A DNA stretch of 64,000 nt from Mobula hypostoma (taxonomy: Eukaryota): assembly GCF_963921235.1 (NCBI RefSeq), contig NC_086109.1:18168001-18232000 (forward strand), read 5' to 3'. Every line of letters begins with the position of its first letter. The stretch's first letter is position 1. A program made the translations under genes and the position numbers. The notes under the pieces were generated by a model. That model ran no database searches, was not told the origin of the DNA, and saw only the letters and a list, made by a program, of their open reading frames with translations. Below are positions 25,837 through 39,114 of the stretch, piece after piece.

Positions 25837-28800
25837 GTTATCTGACTCTTTTTTTAAATTGGTGCCAAATATGTGTAACACTAAATGGTGGTTGTAAGAC
25901 AAAATGGTGTTAAGCTTGAAATGTGGAAGAGAAAGTAGTACTGGTGCACAGCCTTTGGGTGTAGGTAATGATGAAAAACATGCTTACCTGGGTAAAGGAA
26001 ATTGGTGTGCAGGTGCTAATACCACTTGGCATCTTGCCATGGGTAAGTACCAGGGCATGGGGCTTTAGTAATATAAAAGGTAGTTGCTTTCTGTGCAAGG
26101 TTACTCCTGTTTTGGACATAGGGCCAGGTAATTCTGACTTTTGGTGGGCCCAGGATCTTCAGGGTTTCCAGGCTTTACGTAGGCCCATCAGGTGTAACCA
26201 GATCCTTGATACCGGGGGCAAGTCTGGGAGAGACAGATTCGGACACACATTCCATGACTTGCCAAAGGAGTTGGAAAGCTTCGCAGTGATAGATTGGTGA
26301 TGCCTCTCTGGAGCTTTGAGGAGCCCGTTGTAGATGATCATGCATGATCCAAAATACTTAATGCAGAGGGGCAGGGATTACTGCTACAGCTCAGACTTGG
26401 AAGTATTCAGTCATAATCCTGCAGATGATAACTTGGCCGAGCACATACACCAGATGTCCATGGCTGCACTTCCTCTCGTACTGAGCAGGGTTACTCTTCG
26501 GTCCCAGACATGCCTGGTGTTTGGATGTTTTTTGGCTGAGATGGCTCTAAGCTGTGCTGATGTACTAGAGGTGGTTTTGATCATTGAAATCTACCTTCAT
26601 TGGGAGGTGGCTCTTGAGATATGAAAGGTGATTTATACTTTCTAGGGTCTTGCTATGGATCTTGATCATTGTCGGTTGTTTTATTATTGCCACGTATACC
26701 AAGATACAGTACAATGATGCCATACTTAAGCACATTGAATTAGTAAAAAGAAAAACCGAATTCAGAGTACAATGTAGTAGCTACAGAAAACTACGGTTCA
26801 GGTAAAAGAATAGAGAGCAAGAGCCACAGCAAGACAGATTGGAAGATGAAGAATTCATCTTTAACCTAGGAGAGATTCATTCAATAGTCTGTCTACAGCA
26901 GCATAGAAGCTATGCTTGTCTTCGAGTGTTTGTGTCTTCTGCTGAGCGAGAGAGAGGGGGGAATGATCGGGGTGGGTGAGGTGCTTGCTTATGCTGGTAG
27001 GTTTCACGAGACAGCGGGAAGTGTAGGCTGAGTCAGTGGAGGAGAGGCTGGTTTGCACCACGGACGGGGCTGTGTTCAGAACTCTCTGCACTTTCCTTCC
27101 GTCTTGGGTCGAGCAGATGCCGCGCGTGAGGTGTCTGAGGGGAGGGCTGTGCAGTTGCACAACGACTTCTTTGTGAGTGTGGCCGACTCTGACCCACCTC
27201 AGAGAGAGGGGCAGTAAATGTTGGCCCAGCCTGAGAATGTATTTTAAAAAAGAAACTTAAAAATCACTGACAAAATTTGAAAGAGTGCTTTGCATTTCTT
27301 CCCCAGTCTCCGTCATTATATTATAAGCTATGGAGTTCCTAGCGCTGACCTCTCTGTCATACGCCACCCTTGAGTCTAGGAAACTGCCTCGGTCCATAGC
27401 TCTTTGTTCAGTACACCTCAGTCAATTTTGCACCCATGCTAATTCTGTTCCTTTATCTGATGGGCTTCAATTTTGCCAACAAGTCTAATACGTAGTACTT
27501 TGAAGTTAATGTGCCCTGTAACTTTCCATGTTCTGACATTATTGTTGGATAAAACTTGGGAGAAATAAGTTTTTCAAAGCACAGTCATTAAAGCAATGTT
27601 TGTTGCAATAGCCATTACAATGTTTTGAGGCTTTGCAAAATCTGACAATTGACCATTGACAGTAGAATCATCCAGACATCATTATTGTAATTGTGAATGG
27701 GTCTGGTCATTCACCTTCCTTGAGACAGCCCAGACTTTCTTGGCTCTTCCTTTCTGTGGGAAGCTGTGGGAGATCCCACCACTTTGAAGAGGGACAGGGT
27801 AGTTTTCTGCAAGCCATGACTAATTACACAACCAACATGACTAAACTTAGTTTAATTAAAATCCTCTTCAAATTATAATTTAAATCATGATTACTTTGCT
27901 GCTATTAGGATCTTGCTAAGCATAAAATTAAATTCTGTGTTTCCAACATGATTCCATTATATAGAGAGGACCCTGGGACATACAGAGGTCACAAAATCAT
28001 ACCAACTTGAAATTCTCCTGGTGACAAACAGGTATTGTGAAGTCAATATAATAAACATGTTATTTTTAGCTAATGTGATACAAGTGACACATAGAAACTC
28101 TGAGCTTCAACCAATTTCTGTTTAATAGAGAAATCATTCTTCCAAGAACTAGTCCTTGCCAATAATTCTTTCTGATATTATTTTCCATGAATGGGTAATG
28201 GCCATTACCCAAGTACTGGGAATTTCACCACTGGTTGCTATTTTCATTATCTACATGCTTCAGCAACCAGAGTCAGTGGGGTGACATGGTAGCATAGCGG
28301 ATAGAGTGACACTATTGCAGCTTGCTGGGTCAGAGTTCAGAGTTCACTTCCATCTGTAAGGAGTGTGTGCATTGTCCTGTGACCTCATGGATGCTCCAGT
28401 TTCCTCCCACAGTCCAAAGAGGTACCGGTTAGGTTTTTTGGTTATTGTGCATTGTCCTTTGATTGGGTTAGTGTTAAATCAGTGAATTGCTGGGTGGCAC
28501 AGCTCATTAGGCTGGAAGATCCTGTTCTGCACTGCATCTCTAAATAAAAACAACATTCCAGCTTCTTCTACAGAGAGCCACACAGGAAAGGAGTGTCACC
28601 CAGCACAGTATCTGTAGCACGCGCAAAATGGTGGAGGAACTCAGCAGGTCAGTCAGCATCTATGGAAAAGAAAAGAAGATTTGAAGTTTTGGGCCAAGAC
28701 CCTTCATCTGGTATTTATCACAATGTGTACTTTTTCATTGCTCTCTCCTATCCACAGAAAAAAATAAGGCTTCTGTTACTTGATGTTCGCTGAAAATTAA

Positions 28801-29289
28801 TGTGCATTGTTATGATTTAAGAAGCAAAAATACATGGCTAAACTCCTACTCAGATTTTCCAGGTTGCTGGTGTCCTTGTGTTGAAAGTGTGATCTTAAAA
28901 ACTGTTAAAGAATGATGGGCCATTTGCTTTTATTATAAGTGCGGAAAGATGGTGAAAGCACAGTACCCAGACTGCGTACGTGATGAGCTCAAGAAGGTCT
29001 TGACGCAAAGTCTCTGGTACTAATTGCTTCATGTTCACAAGGCTGTTGGTGATATGTTAATGAAAATAAGACTGGAACAACCCAAAGGTTGAGGCATCGC
29101 AGAAAGTTACTGTGCAGGTTCAATAAGTAATTTTAAAAAAACATTTGAATGTTGACTTTGGTTACAAGTGGATTTGAGTAACTGAGACTGGAATTTCTAC
29201 ATTGTTTGGAAGGAACATTAAGATGGTGCAGTGGGAGGTCTCCCTTCCTGACACAGGTAGGTGAGATTGTCTTTGAGGCTAATTAGCTT

Positions 29290-29431
29290 AGATTGGTCCA
29301 GAGACTGGGTAGGTGAGATTGGTCCAGAGACTGTGCAGGTGAGATTGGTCCGGAGACTGGGCAGCTGAGATTGGTCCGGAGTCTGGGCAGCTGAGATTGG
29401 CCCGGAGACTGGGCAGCTGAGATTGGTCCAA
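29290..29431 (+). repeat. 26-bp minisatellite, ~5.5 copies (gagattggtccggagactgggcagct)
   Basis: agattgg recurs at 29290, 29316, 29342, 29368, 29394, 29420. Confidence 0.93.
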
Positions 29432-30245
29432 AGGCTGAGTAGTTGTGTTGCTTTAGAAATTGTTAAATGTAGCTAGTCCAGAGTTTAGGTGCATTCCATT
29501 GGTTTTTGTGACAGAAGGAAATGATGATCCCAGTGGCTAAAATGCTGAAGGAATTAAGCAGGTCCAGCGGTGTCTATGGAAAGCAATAATCAGTCCTGAT
29601 GAATAGTCTGGACCCAAAATGTCAGTTGTTTATTCCTGTCCGTAGATGCTGCCTAACCTGCTGAGTTCCTCCATCATTTTATGTGTGTTACTTTGGATTT
29701 TCGGCATCTGCAGAATGTTCCAGCAGCTAATACCTTACAACCTCATACGTCCACATTCACTTATGCACAATGGAACCTTAAGCAGCTTGGCTAGTACCAT
29801 TGTTAAGACTTGAACACCAATAGAGAAATCCAAGACATTCTAATCAGAATAAGGAATTATTGGTCTTAGTATATGTAAAATAACAATTTGAAAACTTCTA
29901 TAGCTCACAAAATTAGCAATGGGGAGTGGTGTGTGTATTTAACAGAAGTTCTTCTGAAGCTCAGAGTTTCTTTGACATTTGTTTTGTGAATTCTATGTGA
30001 ATGTTGAATAGTACAGTCTGTACCATCACTCCACCACACATCAATATTGTCTCACTCCTGGAATTTATTCAATGTTTATTAAAATATGCTTTGAAAGAAA
30101 ATTTTGATTAGTGTCTTCTTGTCGCCAGTATCTGATGTTTGAGTTGCTGTGAGTTACAATTTTCGGTTTCAGGTTCCTTGTTATGCAAATCAAAGTAAAA
30201 AAGTTCAAAGTAAATTTATTATCAAAGTTCATATATGTTCATATA

Positions 30246-30577
30246 TGCTTCGGGTTTGATTCGAAGAAGGAGTCTGAGAGTCTCAGTGGGAGTGCCGAGA
30301 AAGACATTTTTGAAATTTTCGTTATTTTTTTCTCCAACGGCGTTCTGAGAGGCGGGACTGCGCAGTCGTGTGATGTCGGGCTGTGCAGCGCGGCAGATTT
30401 AAAAGGGCAGACATCCTGCTTCGGGTTTGATTCGAAGAAGGAGTCTGAGAGTCTCAGTGGGAGTGCCGAGAAAGACATTTTTGAAATTTTTGTTACTTTT
30501 TTCTCCAACGGCGTTCTGAGAGGCGGGACTGCGCAGTCGTGTGACGTCGGGCTGTGCAGCGCGGCAGATTTAAAAGG
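30246..30577 (+). promoter_or_regulatory. Tandem 171-bp CR1 5' monomer, putative internal Pol II promoter
   Basis: Units start at 30246 and 30417; each ends GAGGCGGGAC (GC box), TGCGCA, TGA(C/T)GTC (CRE-like), TTTAAAAG (TATA-like). Confidence 0.6.
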
Positions 30578-33500
30578 AACAGAGCCTCATAGAGCAGACA
30601 GCGTAGTTTGCGGGCGGTGGTGTGAGCCGGGAGCAGAGTGAAGACTTAAGGGCTTCGGCTCAACGGGCTTAGGTGGAAACGGGTGAGGCGAGGAAGGTTT
30701 GGCATTCATTTTCTGTTGTTATTTGAGGAGAGGGGCAGTATGAGTGTGAGGGCAGTTTGTTGTTCTCGGTGTCGGATGTGGGAGGCCCTGGAGTCTCCAA
30801 GCCTCCCGGACGTCTACATCTGCGCCAAGTGCATCGAGATGCAGCTCCTAAGGGACCGCGTTACGGAACTGGAGCTGCAGCTCGATGACCTTCGTCTGGT
30901 CAGGGAGAGTGAGGAGGTGATAGAGAGGAGTTGCAGGCAAGTGGTCACGCCGCGGCCACGGGAGACAGACAAGTGGGTCACGGTTAGGAGGGGGATGGGG
31001 AAAAGTCAGGTAATAGAGAGTACCCCAGTGACTGTGCCCCTTAACAACAGGTAGTCCTGTTTGTGTACTGTTCGGGGGGACAGCTTACCCGGGGGAAGCG
31101 ACAGTGGCCGTGCCTCCGGCACAGAGTCTGGCCCTGTAGCTCAGAAGGGTAGGGCAAGGAAGAGGAGGGCAGTTGTGATAGGTGACTCAATAGTAATGGG
31201 GTCAGATAGGCGATTCTGTGGGCACAGTCTAGAGACCCGGATGGTAGTTTGCCTCCCTGGTGCCAGGGTCCGGGATATTTCTGATCGTGTCCAAGATATC
31301 CTGAAGTGGGAGGGTGAGGAGCCAGAGGTCGTGGTACATATAGGTACCAATGACGTAGGTAGGAAAAGGGATGAGGTCCTGAAAGGAGAATATAGGGAGC
31401 TAGGAAGGGAGTTGAGAAAAAGGACCGCAAAGGTAGTAATCTCGGGATTACTGCCTGTGCCACGCGACAGTGAGAGTAGGAATGCGATGAGGTGGAGGAT
31501 AAATGCGTGGCTGAGGGATTGGAGCAGGGGGCAGGGATTCAAGTTTTTGGATCATTGGGACCTCTTCTGGGGCAGGCGTGACCTGTACAAAAAGGACGGG
31601 TTACACTTGAATCCTAGGGGGACCAATATCCTGGCAGGGAGATTAGCGGGGGCTACTGAGGTGACTTTAAACTAGAATGGTTGCGGGGTGGGAATCAAAT
31701 TAAAGAGGCTAGGCGAGAGGAGGTTAGTTCACAACAGGGGGATGGGAACCAGTGCAGAGAGACAGAGGGGTGTAAAGTGAGGGTAGAAGCAAAAAGTACT
31801 AAGGAGAAAGGTAAAAGTGGCAGGCCGACAAATCCAGGGCAAGCATTAAAAAGGGCCACTTTTCAACATAATTGTATAAGGGCTAAGAGAGTTGTAAAAG
31901 AGCGCCTGTAGGCTTTCTGTGTCAATGCAAGGAGCATTCATAATAAGGTGGATGAATTGAAAGTGCAGATTGTTATTAATGATTATGATATAGTTGGGAT
32001 CACAGAGACATGGCTCCAGGGTGACCAGGGATGGGAGCTCAACCTTCAGGGATATTCAATATTCAGGAGGGATATCCAGTGAGATGGAGGAACTGAGCGA
32101 AATACATGTTAGTAGGGAAGTGGTGTTAGGTAAATTGAAGGGATTGAAGGCAGATAAATCCCCAGGGCCAGATGGTCTGCATCCTAGAGTGCTTAAGGAA
32201 GTAGCCCAAGAAATAGTGGATGCATTAGTGATAATTTTTCAAAACTCGTTAGATTCTGGACTAGTTCCTGAGGATTGGAGGGTGGCTAATGTAACTCCAC
32301 TTTTTAAAAAAGGAGGGAGAGAGAAACCGGGGAACTATAGACCGATTAGCCTGACGTCGGTGGTGGGGAAACTGCTGGAGTCAGTTATCAAGGATGTGAT
32401 AACAGCACATTTGGAAAGCGGTGAAATGATCGGACAAAGTCAGCATGGATTTGTGAAAGGAAAATCATGTCTGACGAATCTCATAGAATTTTTTGAGGAT
32501 GTAACTAGTAGAGTGGATAGGGGAGAACCAATGGATGTGGTATATTTGGATTTTCAAAAGGCTTTTGACAAGGTCCCACACAGGAGATTAGTGTGCAAAC
32601 TTAAAGCACACGGTATTGGGGGTAAGGTATTGGTGTGGGTGGAGAATTGGTTAGCAGACAGGAAGCAAAGAGTGGGAATAAACGGGACCTTTTCAGAATG
32701 GCAGGCGGTGACTAGTGGGGTACCGCAAGGCTCAGTGCTGGGACCCCAGTTGTTTACAATATATATTAATGACTTGGATGAGGGAATTAAATGCAGCATC
32801 TCCAAGTTTGCGGATGACACGAAGCTGGGTGGCAGTGTTAGCTGTGAGGAAGATGCTAAAAGGATGCAGGGTGACTTGGATAGGTTGGGTGAGTGGGCAA
32901 ATCCATGGCAGATGCAATTTAATGTGGATAAATGTGAAGTTATCCACTTTGGTGGCAAAAATAGGAAAACAGATTATTATCTGAATGGTGGCCGATTAGG
33001 AAAAGGGGAGGTGCAACGAGACCTGGGTGTTATTATACACCAGTCATTGAAAGTGGGCATGCAGGTACAGCAGGCGGTGAAAAAGGCGAATGGTATGCTG
33101 GCATTTATAGCGAGAGGATTCGAGTACAGGAGCAGGGATGTACTACTGCAGTTGTACAAGGCCTTGGTGAGACCACACCTGGAGTATTGTGTGCAGTTTT
33201 GGTCCCCTAATCTGAGGAAAGACATCCTTGCCATAGAGGGAGTACAAAGAAGGTTCACCAGATTGATTCCTGGGATGGCAGGACTTTCATATGAAGAAAG
33301 ACTGGATGAACTGGGCTTGTACTCGTTGGAATTTAGAAGATTGAGGGGGAATCTGATTGAAACGTATAAGATCCTAAAGGGATTGGACATGCTAGATGCA
33401 GGAAGATTGTTCCCGATGTTGGGGAAGTCCAGAACGAGGGGCCACAGTTTGAGGATAGAGGGGAAGCCTTTTAGGACCGAGATTAGGAAAAACTTCTTCA

Positions 33501-33735
33501 CACAGAGAGTGGTGAATCTGTGGAATTCTCTGCCACAGGAAACAGTTGAGGCCAGTTCATTGGCTATACTTAAGAGGGAGTTAGATATGGCCCTTGTGGC
33601 TACGGGGGTCAGGGGGTATGGAGGGATGGCTGGGGCGGGGTTCTGAGTTGGATGATCAGCCATGATCATAATAAACGGCGGTGCAGGCTCGAAGGGCCGA
33701 ATGGCCTACTCCTGCACCTATTTTCTATGTTTCTA
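30246..33735 (+). mobile_element. Young CR1 LINE (copy A) with duplicated 5' monomer, ORF1 nonsense at 31052, ~1.07-kb deletion in the endonuclease region, intact RT frame to 33646
   Basis: Colinear and near-identical to copy B; deletion junction 32074/32075; nested in a Rex/Babar 3' end. Confidence 0.96.
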
Positions 33736-34555
33736 GTTATCATATACAACTCTAAGATTCATTTTCTTGTGGGCATACTCAATAAATCTATAATAGAATA
33801 ATGACCACAATGGAATCAATAAACCATAATAGAATCAATAGAAAGATGACACTTGGGCATTCAACCAATGTGCAAAAGACAACAAACTGTGCAAATACGA
33901 AAAAAAGAAATAATAATAATAAATAAGCAATAAATAACAAGAAAAAGTGATAAAGAGTCCTTGAAAGTGAATCCATAGGTTGTGGGAATATTTCAATGAC
34001 GGGACATGTGAAGTTGTCCCTTCTTGGTTCAAGAGCCTGATGGTTGAGTGGTAATAACTGTTCCTGAACCTGGTGATGTGAATCCTGAGGCTGCTGTACC
34101 TTCTCCCTGATGGCAGCAGTGAGAAAGGAGCATGACCTGGGTGGTGGTGGTCTCTGATGATGGATGCTGCTTTATTGTGACATGCAGATGTGCGCAGTGA
34201 AGGGGAGGGCTTTACCCGTGTTGGACCGGGCTGTATCCTCTACTCTTATAGGATTTTCCATTCAATGGCATTGGTGTTTCCATACCATGCTGTGATGCAG
34301 CCAGTCAATACACACTCCACAACACACCTATAGAAGTTTGTCAAAGTTTTAGTTGTCATGTCAAATCTTTGCAAACTCTTAAGGAAAGTAGAGACACTGC
34401 TGAACTTTCTTTCGAATTGCACTTATGTGCTGGCCTCAGGATAGGCCCTTTGAAATGTTAGCACTGAGAAATGTAAAGTTGTTGACCCTCTCCATCTCTG
34501 ATCCTCCAATGAGGACTGGTTCATGGATCTTTAGCTTCTTCTTCCTGAAGTCAAT
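33736..34555 (-). mobile_element. Rex1/Babar-type LINE 3' end (its tail lies at ~30203-30239, split by CR1 copy A)
   Basis: Reverse complement of the RNSYYxSTIRLLN region; aaagtaaatttattatcaaagt tail on the other side of the CR1. Confidence 0.82.
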
Positions 34556-34574
34556 AAGACTTCAGAAGTTAACA

Positions 34575-36145
34575 TCAGGACATCAGAGATGTTCTCCTTC
34601 TTCAAAGAATAGGGTTAACCTTCCTCCATCATTGATGCTGCCATCACCCGCGCCTCCTCCATTTCCCTAGTGTCTGTGCGACCCCATCTTCCCACTACCT
34701 TCACAGTGATAGAGTTCCTCTTGTCCTTATCTATAACCCCATGAGTCTCTGCATCCAACACATCATTATCTGTAACTTCCACCATATCCAAAGGGACCCT
34801 ACCACCAAACATGTCTTTATCTCCCCCCTCTCTCTGCTTTCCCCAGGGATCACTTACTCCGTGATTTCCTTGTCCATTCGTCTCTCCTGGCAGTTGTCTC
34901 TGCAAGCAGCCAAAGTGCTACACCTGCCCATTCACCTCCTCACTCACTTCCTGTGAGAAGCACTGGCGAACTCAAGTGCCAGAATCATAGAAACTTTGGC
35001 AATTCAAACAAAACTAAAGATTTATTATATAAGTTAACTAAAAATAACTAACAGGAGCTCAGACAAACTGTCCAGAATTTTGATGGACAGAAATCACTGC
35101 TGAAACACAGAAGGTCTCGATCTGAGTTTCACCCAACAGAGAGAGGTGAGCACGCCCCCTGGAGCACGTAGGAATTCCAAAGTTTGAAAAAACGTGCTAA
35201 CTAAATTATCCCAAATTAAAGAGAAATGAAAAATACAAAGAACGTAACAATTCCCATGATCCTGAATGAGACATCCGCAAAGCAAAGTGAGAAAGCAGGG
35301 CTTGTGCAAAGACAAACAAGTAGACATAAAAGATAAACAATCCAAGGACAACACATATCTACGAGCTGACATTGAGCAAATAAAGACCACATAGTAACTG
35401 ACAAAAGAAATCTTTTTTTTAAAGATGATTTCTGGTCATGGGACCTCCATTTAGGGCCGCAGACACTTCTTCCAGGCGAGGCAACCCTTCACCTGTGAAT
35501 CTACAGGGACCACCTATTGTGTCCAGTGCTCCCAGTGAGGGCTACTCTACATCGGTGAGGCCCATTGTAAATTGGCAGATCGCTTCGCCGAGCACCTCCA
35601 CTTTGTTCACTAAAATTGGAACTTCGCAGTGGCCAAACATTTTAACTCTGAGTCACAGTCCTGTTCTGACATTTTGGTCCATGTCCTCCTCTTGTGCCAT
35701 GATGAGGCCTCCCTCAGGGTGGAGGAGCAACACCTTATATTCCATTTGAGTAGCCTCCAACCTAATGGCATGAATCTCGATTTCTCCTTCCAGTAAAAAA
35801 ATTCTCTCCCCCACCCCCCTTCTTCTATTCCCCACTCTGGCCTCTTGCCTCTTCTCACCTGCCTGTCACCTTCCCCTGGGTTCTGCTCTCCTTCTCTTTC
35901 TCCTATGGTCCACTCTTCTCTCTGATCAGATTCCTTTCTCTCCAACCCTTTCCTTTTCCTACCCACCTGGCTTCTCCTATCACTTTCTAGTTATCCTCCT
36001 ATCCCCACCACTTTAAATTCTGGCATCTTTCCCATTCCTTTCCAGTCCTGATGAAGGGTCTCAGCCCGCGAGGTCAACTGTTTATTCACTTCTATAGATG
36101 CTGACTGACCTGCTGAGTTCTTCCAGCGTCTGAAGTGTGTTACTT
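34575..36145 (+). mobile_element. Degraded Penelope-like element, interrupted at ~34953-35440 by an LTR-like insert
   Basis: Same GIY-YIG C-terminal nucleotide block (gagcaacaccttatattccatttg...aacctaatggcatgaat), pyrimidine-rich UTR, terminal ctgatgaagggtctc motif. Confidence 0.8.
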
Positions 36146-39114
36146 CAGAGTTTAATTGTTTAATTAATCATTACATTAGTTCAGCCATTTATGGATACTC
36201 CCTCTGCCCCATCCACTGTCCCCTCCACCCTTCAATGCTACCTAAGGAAAGCAACATCTATCATCCAAGATCCCCGCAATCCGGGCCATGCCATCTTCTT
36301 ACAGCAACCATTGAGTAGGAGATGCAGAAGCTTGAAGTCCCACAGCACCTGATTCAAGAGCAACTACTTCCCTTGAACCAACCAGCATAAGCCTAATCTC
36401 TACAATTTGGCAACACCATGACCATTCGTTCACAATCTTGCTATCATCTACTGGCCCCGCTTCATCCTTTCCTCTCACCTTTTTTTACTGGTTACAGCTT
36501 CTTCCCTCTACACTCTCACTCCTGATGCAGGGTCTCAAACTGGGTTATCAATCACCTCTTTGCCTCTATGGAGGAATGGTCTTACAGTTGACCATCCTGA
36601 CTTGCAGTGTCCGCAGCCCTTCGCGTCTCGTCACAAACATGAGAAAAAGTGCAGAGGCTGGAAATCCAAAGCAACACACATGGAGGAACTCAGCCAATCA
36701 GACAGCATCTGTGGAAGAGACTGAGTCCTGTGAAGGGTCTCGGCCGGAAACATCAAGTGTTTACCCTCTTCCATAGATGCTGCCTGGTCTGCTGAGTTCC
36801 TCCAGCATTGTGCATGTGTTGCTTTGTGTCTCCTGCTTGCAAAGATGGTAATTCCAGAGTACTTCATTGTTTTGGGAAGCCCAGAACTGACAGATGCTGC
36901 TATATAAATGGAAGTTCTATTTATAGCCTTATTGCAAGGTTTAATAGCAGTGGAAGTACACTTCTCATCAGTAGCATTTTCCTCAATCAGCAATGGGATA
37001 AGACAAGCATGAAATACAAACAGAAATGATAGGCCCCGCATCGCCATTTCAGAGTGATCAATTGCCATTAAGAAATCAATAACTAATAAAAGTATCATTA
37101 ATACAGTTGATAAAATTCCCTTCAGCCTATTCTCCATCCCCCTACTGCAGACGCAAGTCCAACAAGAACCTTTTGTGTATATTTATAGAACAGATAGTCT
37201 GTTGTAATTTATTTCAGCTACTACTGCTCATCTTAATAACCCATGTCAACTTAGTTCATTTATAAAAATCTCTCTAATTTAGAATCAGCTTTCTTCTCAA
37301 GATTTATATGTTTAATTAAACCTTACAGAGTACTGAATTGGCAATGAATATCATGTTAGTTAAGATGCTTAAAGGAAGATATTAAAACTGAGGTCTTGAC
37401 CCCAATCATTGACTATGAAGTCTTTATCCTGACGATGGAAAGGTAACATATAGAAGCAAATTTCTTCTGTTTAATGTTGGATGAAGATGAAATTTAAATT
37501 GAAATTTCTTCGAGGATGTCTATATATGGTTTCTGTACCAACCAGTACTTACAAATCTATAGTTCCTCGTAAATGCCAGGGGTTGCTCAAGTCTGCATCT
37601 GTAGCCTTCTACGCTTGTTCTACAAACACACTCTTCTGTAATCAGTTGTCTATTATGCAGATATTGTTATCATACAGGTAATCTAATTATGAAGGTACAC
37701 TTAGTCCAAAATTTTTTAAAGTGTGACAATCAATGAAGTCATTTCTGAATATTGCACACAATGAAATGTATTCACTGAGGGTTTGGTAGAACTGGTAAAA
37801 TATTAAATAGTTATTCTGTCAAATGTTGGTTAGATATTTTCTTTATTACTGTATGTGCTACACAGTGCACAATGTTCCAGTTAGTGATTAATTATTTGGA
37901 TAAAGGATTAAGGGGCCCCTGGAACTTTTCAGGAATACAGTTTAATGAAAGATTACTCAACAAGGGATTCCTTGTCACAACTGTTAAAATCAATACTCGT
38001 GCATATAACTGAATCTGAATTCCCAAGCAGTACAAGAAAAAAGTGAATGACTTCCTTCCTGTCAGTCAGGGTCGACGATAACTTCTGTGTGTTCTGTTAG
38101 AACTTTTTAAAACATTGGTTAGGCCACAGCTATGGTGGTGTTTGCATTTCTAGTCACTGCACAACAGGAAAGATATAGTCATAATGGAGAAAGTGCAGAG
38201 ATTCACCAGGATGCTACCTGCAATGGCGTGTTTCACTTATGGGCAGAGACTGGGTTAGTTTTCATTGGAGCGGAGGAGATTGAAGGGGGACCTAGCTGAG
38301 ACCCATAGATAGTTCGATAGTTCCATTTAATATCAGAGAAATGTGTACAATATACAACCTGAAATTCTTGCTCTTCGCAGACATCCATGAAAACAGAAGA
38401 GTGCCCCAAAGAATGAGTGACAGTAAAAACATAAGAACCCCAAAGACCCTCCATGCACAAGCAGCAGTAGAGTATCCATCCTCCCCTTCCCACTTCTCCA
38501 CTTACTTCAGCAAAAATCATCACCACCCACTAAGCAAGGAATAGCAAAGCCCCCAAGAAAGACCATGATGTGCAGTACAACAAAAACTATTTGTTCACCT
38601 GACATGCCACAGGCTCTCTCTCTCTCTCTAATAATATAATGTAAGTAAATTATATAAATTGCTTTTTCTACAACCACTTTCTTTTTGTAATTTCATGAAA
38701 ATATGCATTGAGACTGGTCAAGGAACATATTCCCAGGTGAAATAAAAGTTGTCTGCTTACAAGCATCTCCTTGATATTTTCAGATTTTTGTTTTCTGAGA
38801 GTTTCCGATGTATCTTCCGGCACTGAAATTCATTCATAAGCCACAAGAGGGTTCTGCAGGTGTTGGAGATCTTGAGTATTACACACAAAATGCTGGAGGG
38901 ATTCAGCAAGTCAGCCAGCACCTCTGCAGGGGAATAAACAGTCTATGCTTCAGGCCGAGACCCTTCATCAGGACAGGGACAGAAGGGGGAGGAAACCTCA
39001 ATAAGCTGGTGCTGGCATTGGGTGGGGGGGGCTTGGGTGGTGTTTGAGAGGAATGAGTAGAAGCTGGCAGATGATAGGTGAAACAAGGTGAGGAGCTGAG
39101 GGGGAAATGAAGTG

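Noticed and set aside
23459..28040. CDK18 polyadenylation site
   Set aside because: Candidate AATAAA at ~25117 and ~28030 cannot be distinguished without transcript data.
29290..29431. Regular short repeats resembling a CRISPR array
   Set aside because: Head-to-tail with no unique spacers, no cas genes, vertebrate context.
30183..30641. 152-aa ORF with an internal 57-aa duplication
   Set aside because: By-product of the 171-bp CR1 5' monomer being a multiple of three; it starts inside a LINE tail.
32977..33669. Long antisense ORFs over CR1 ORF2 (also 42610-43386, 45835-46368)
   Set aside because: Shadow frames of the RT/endonuclease coding strand.
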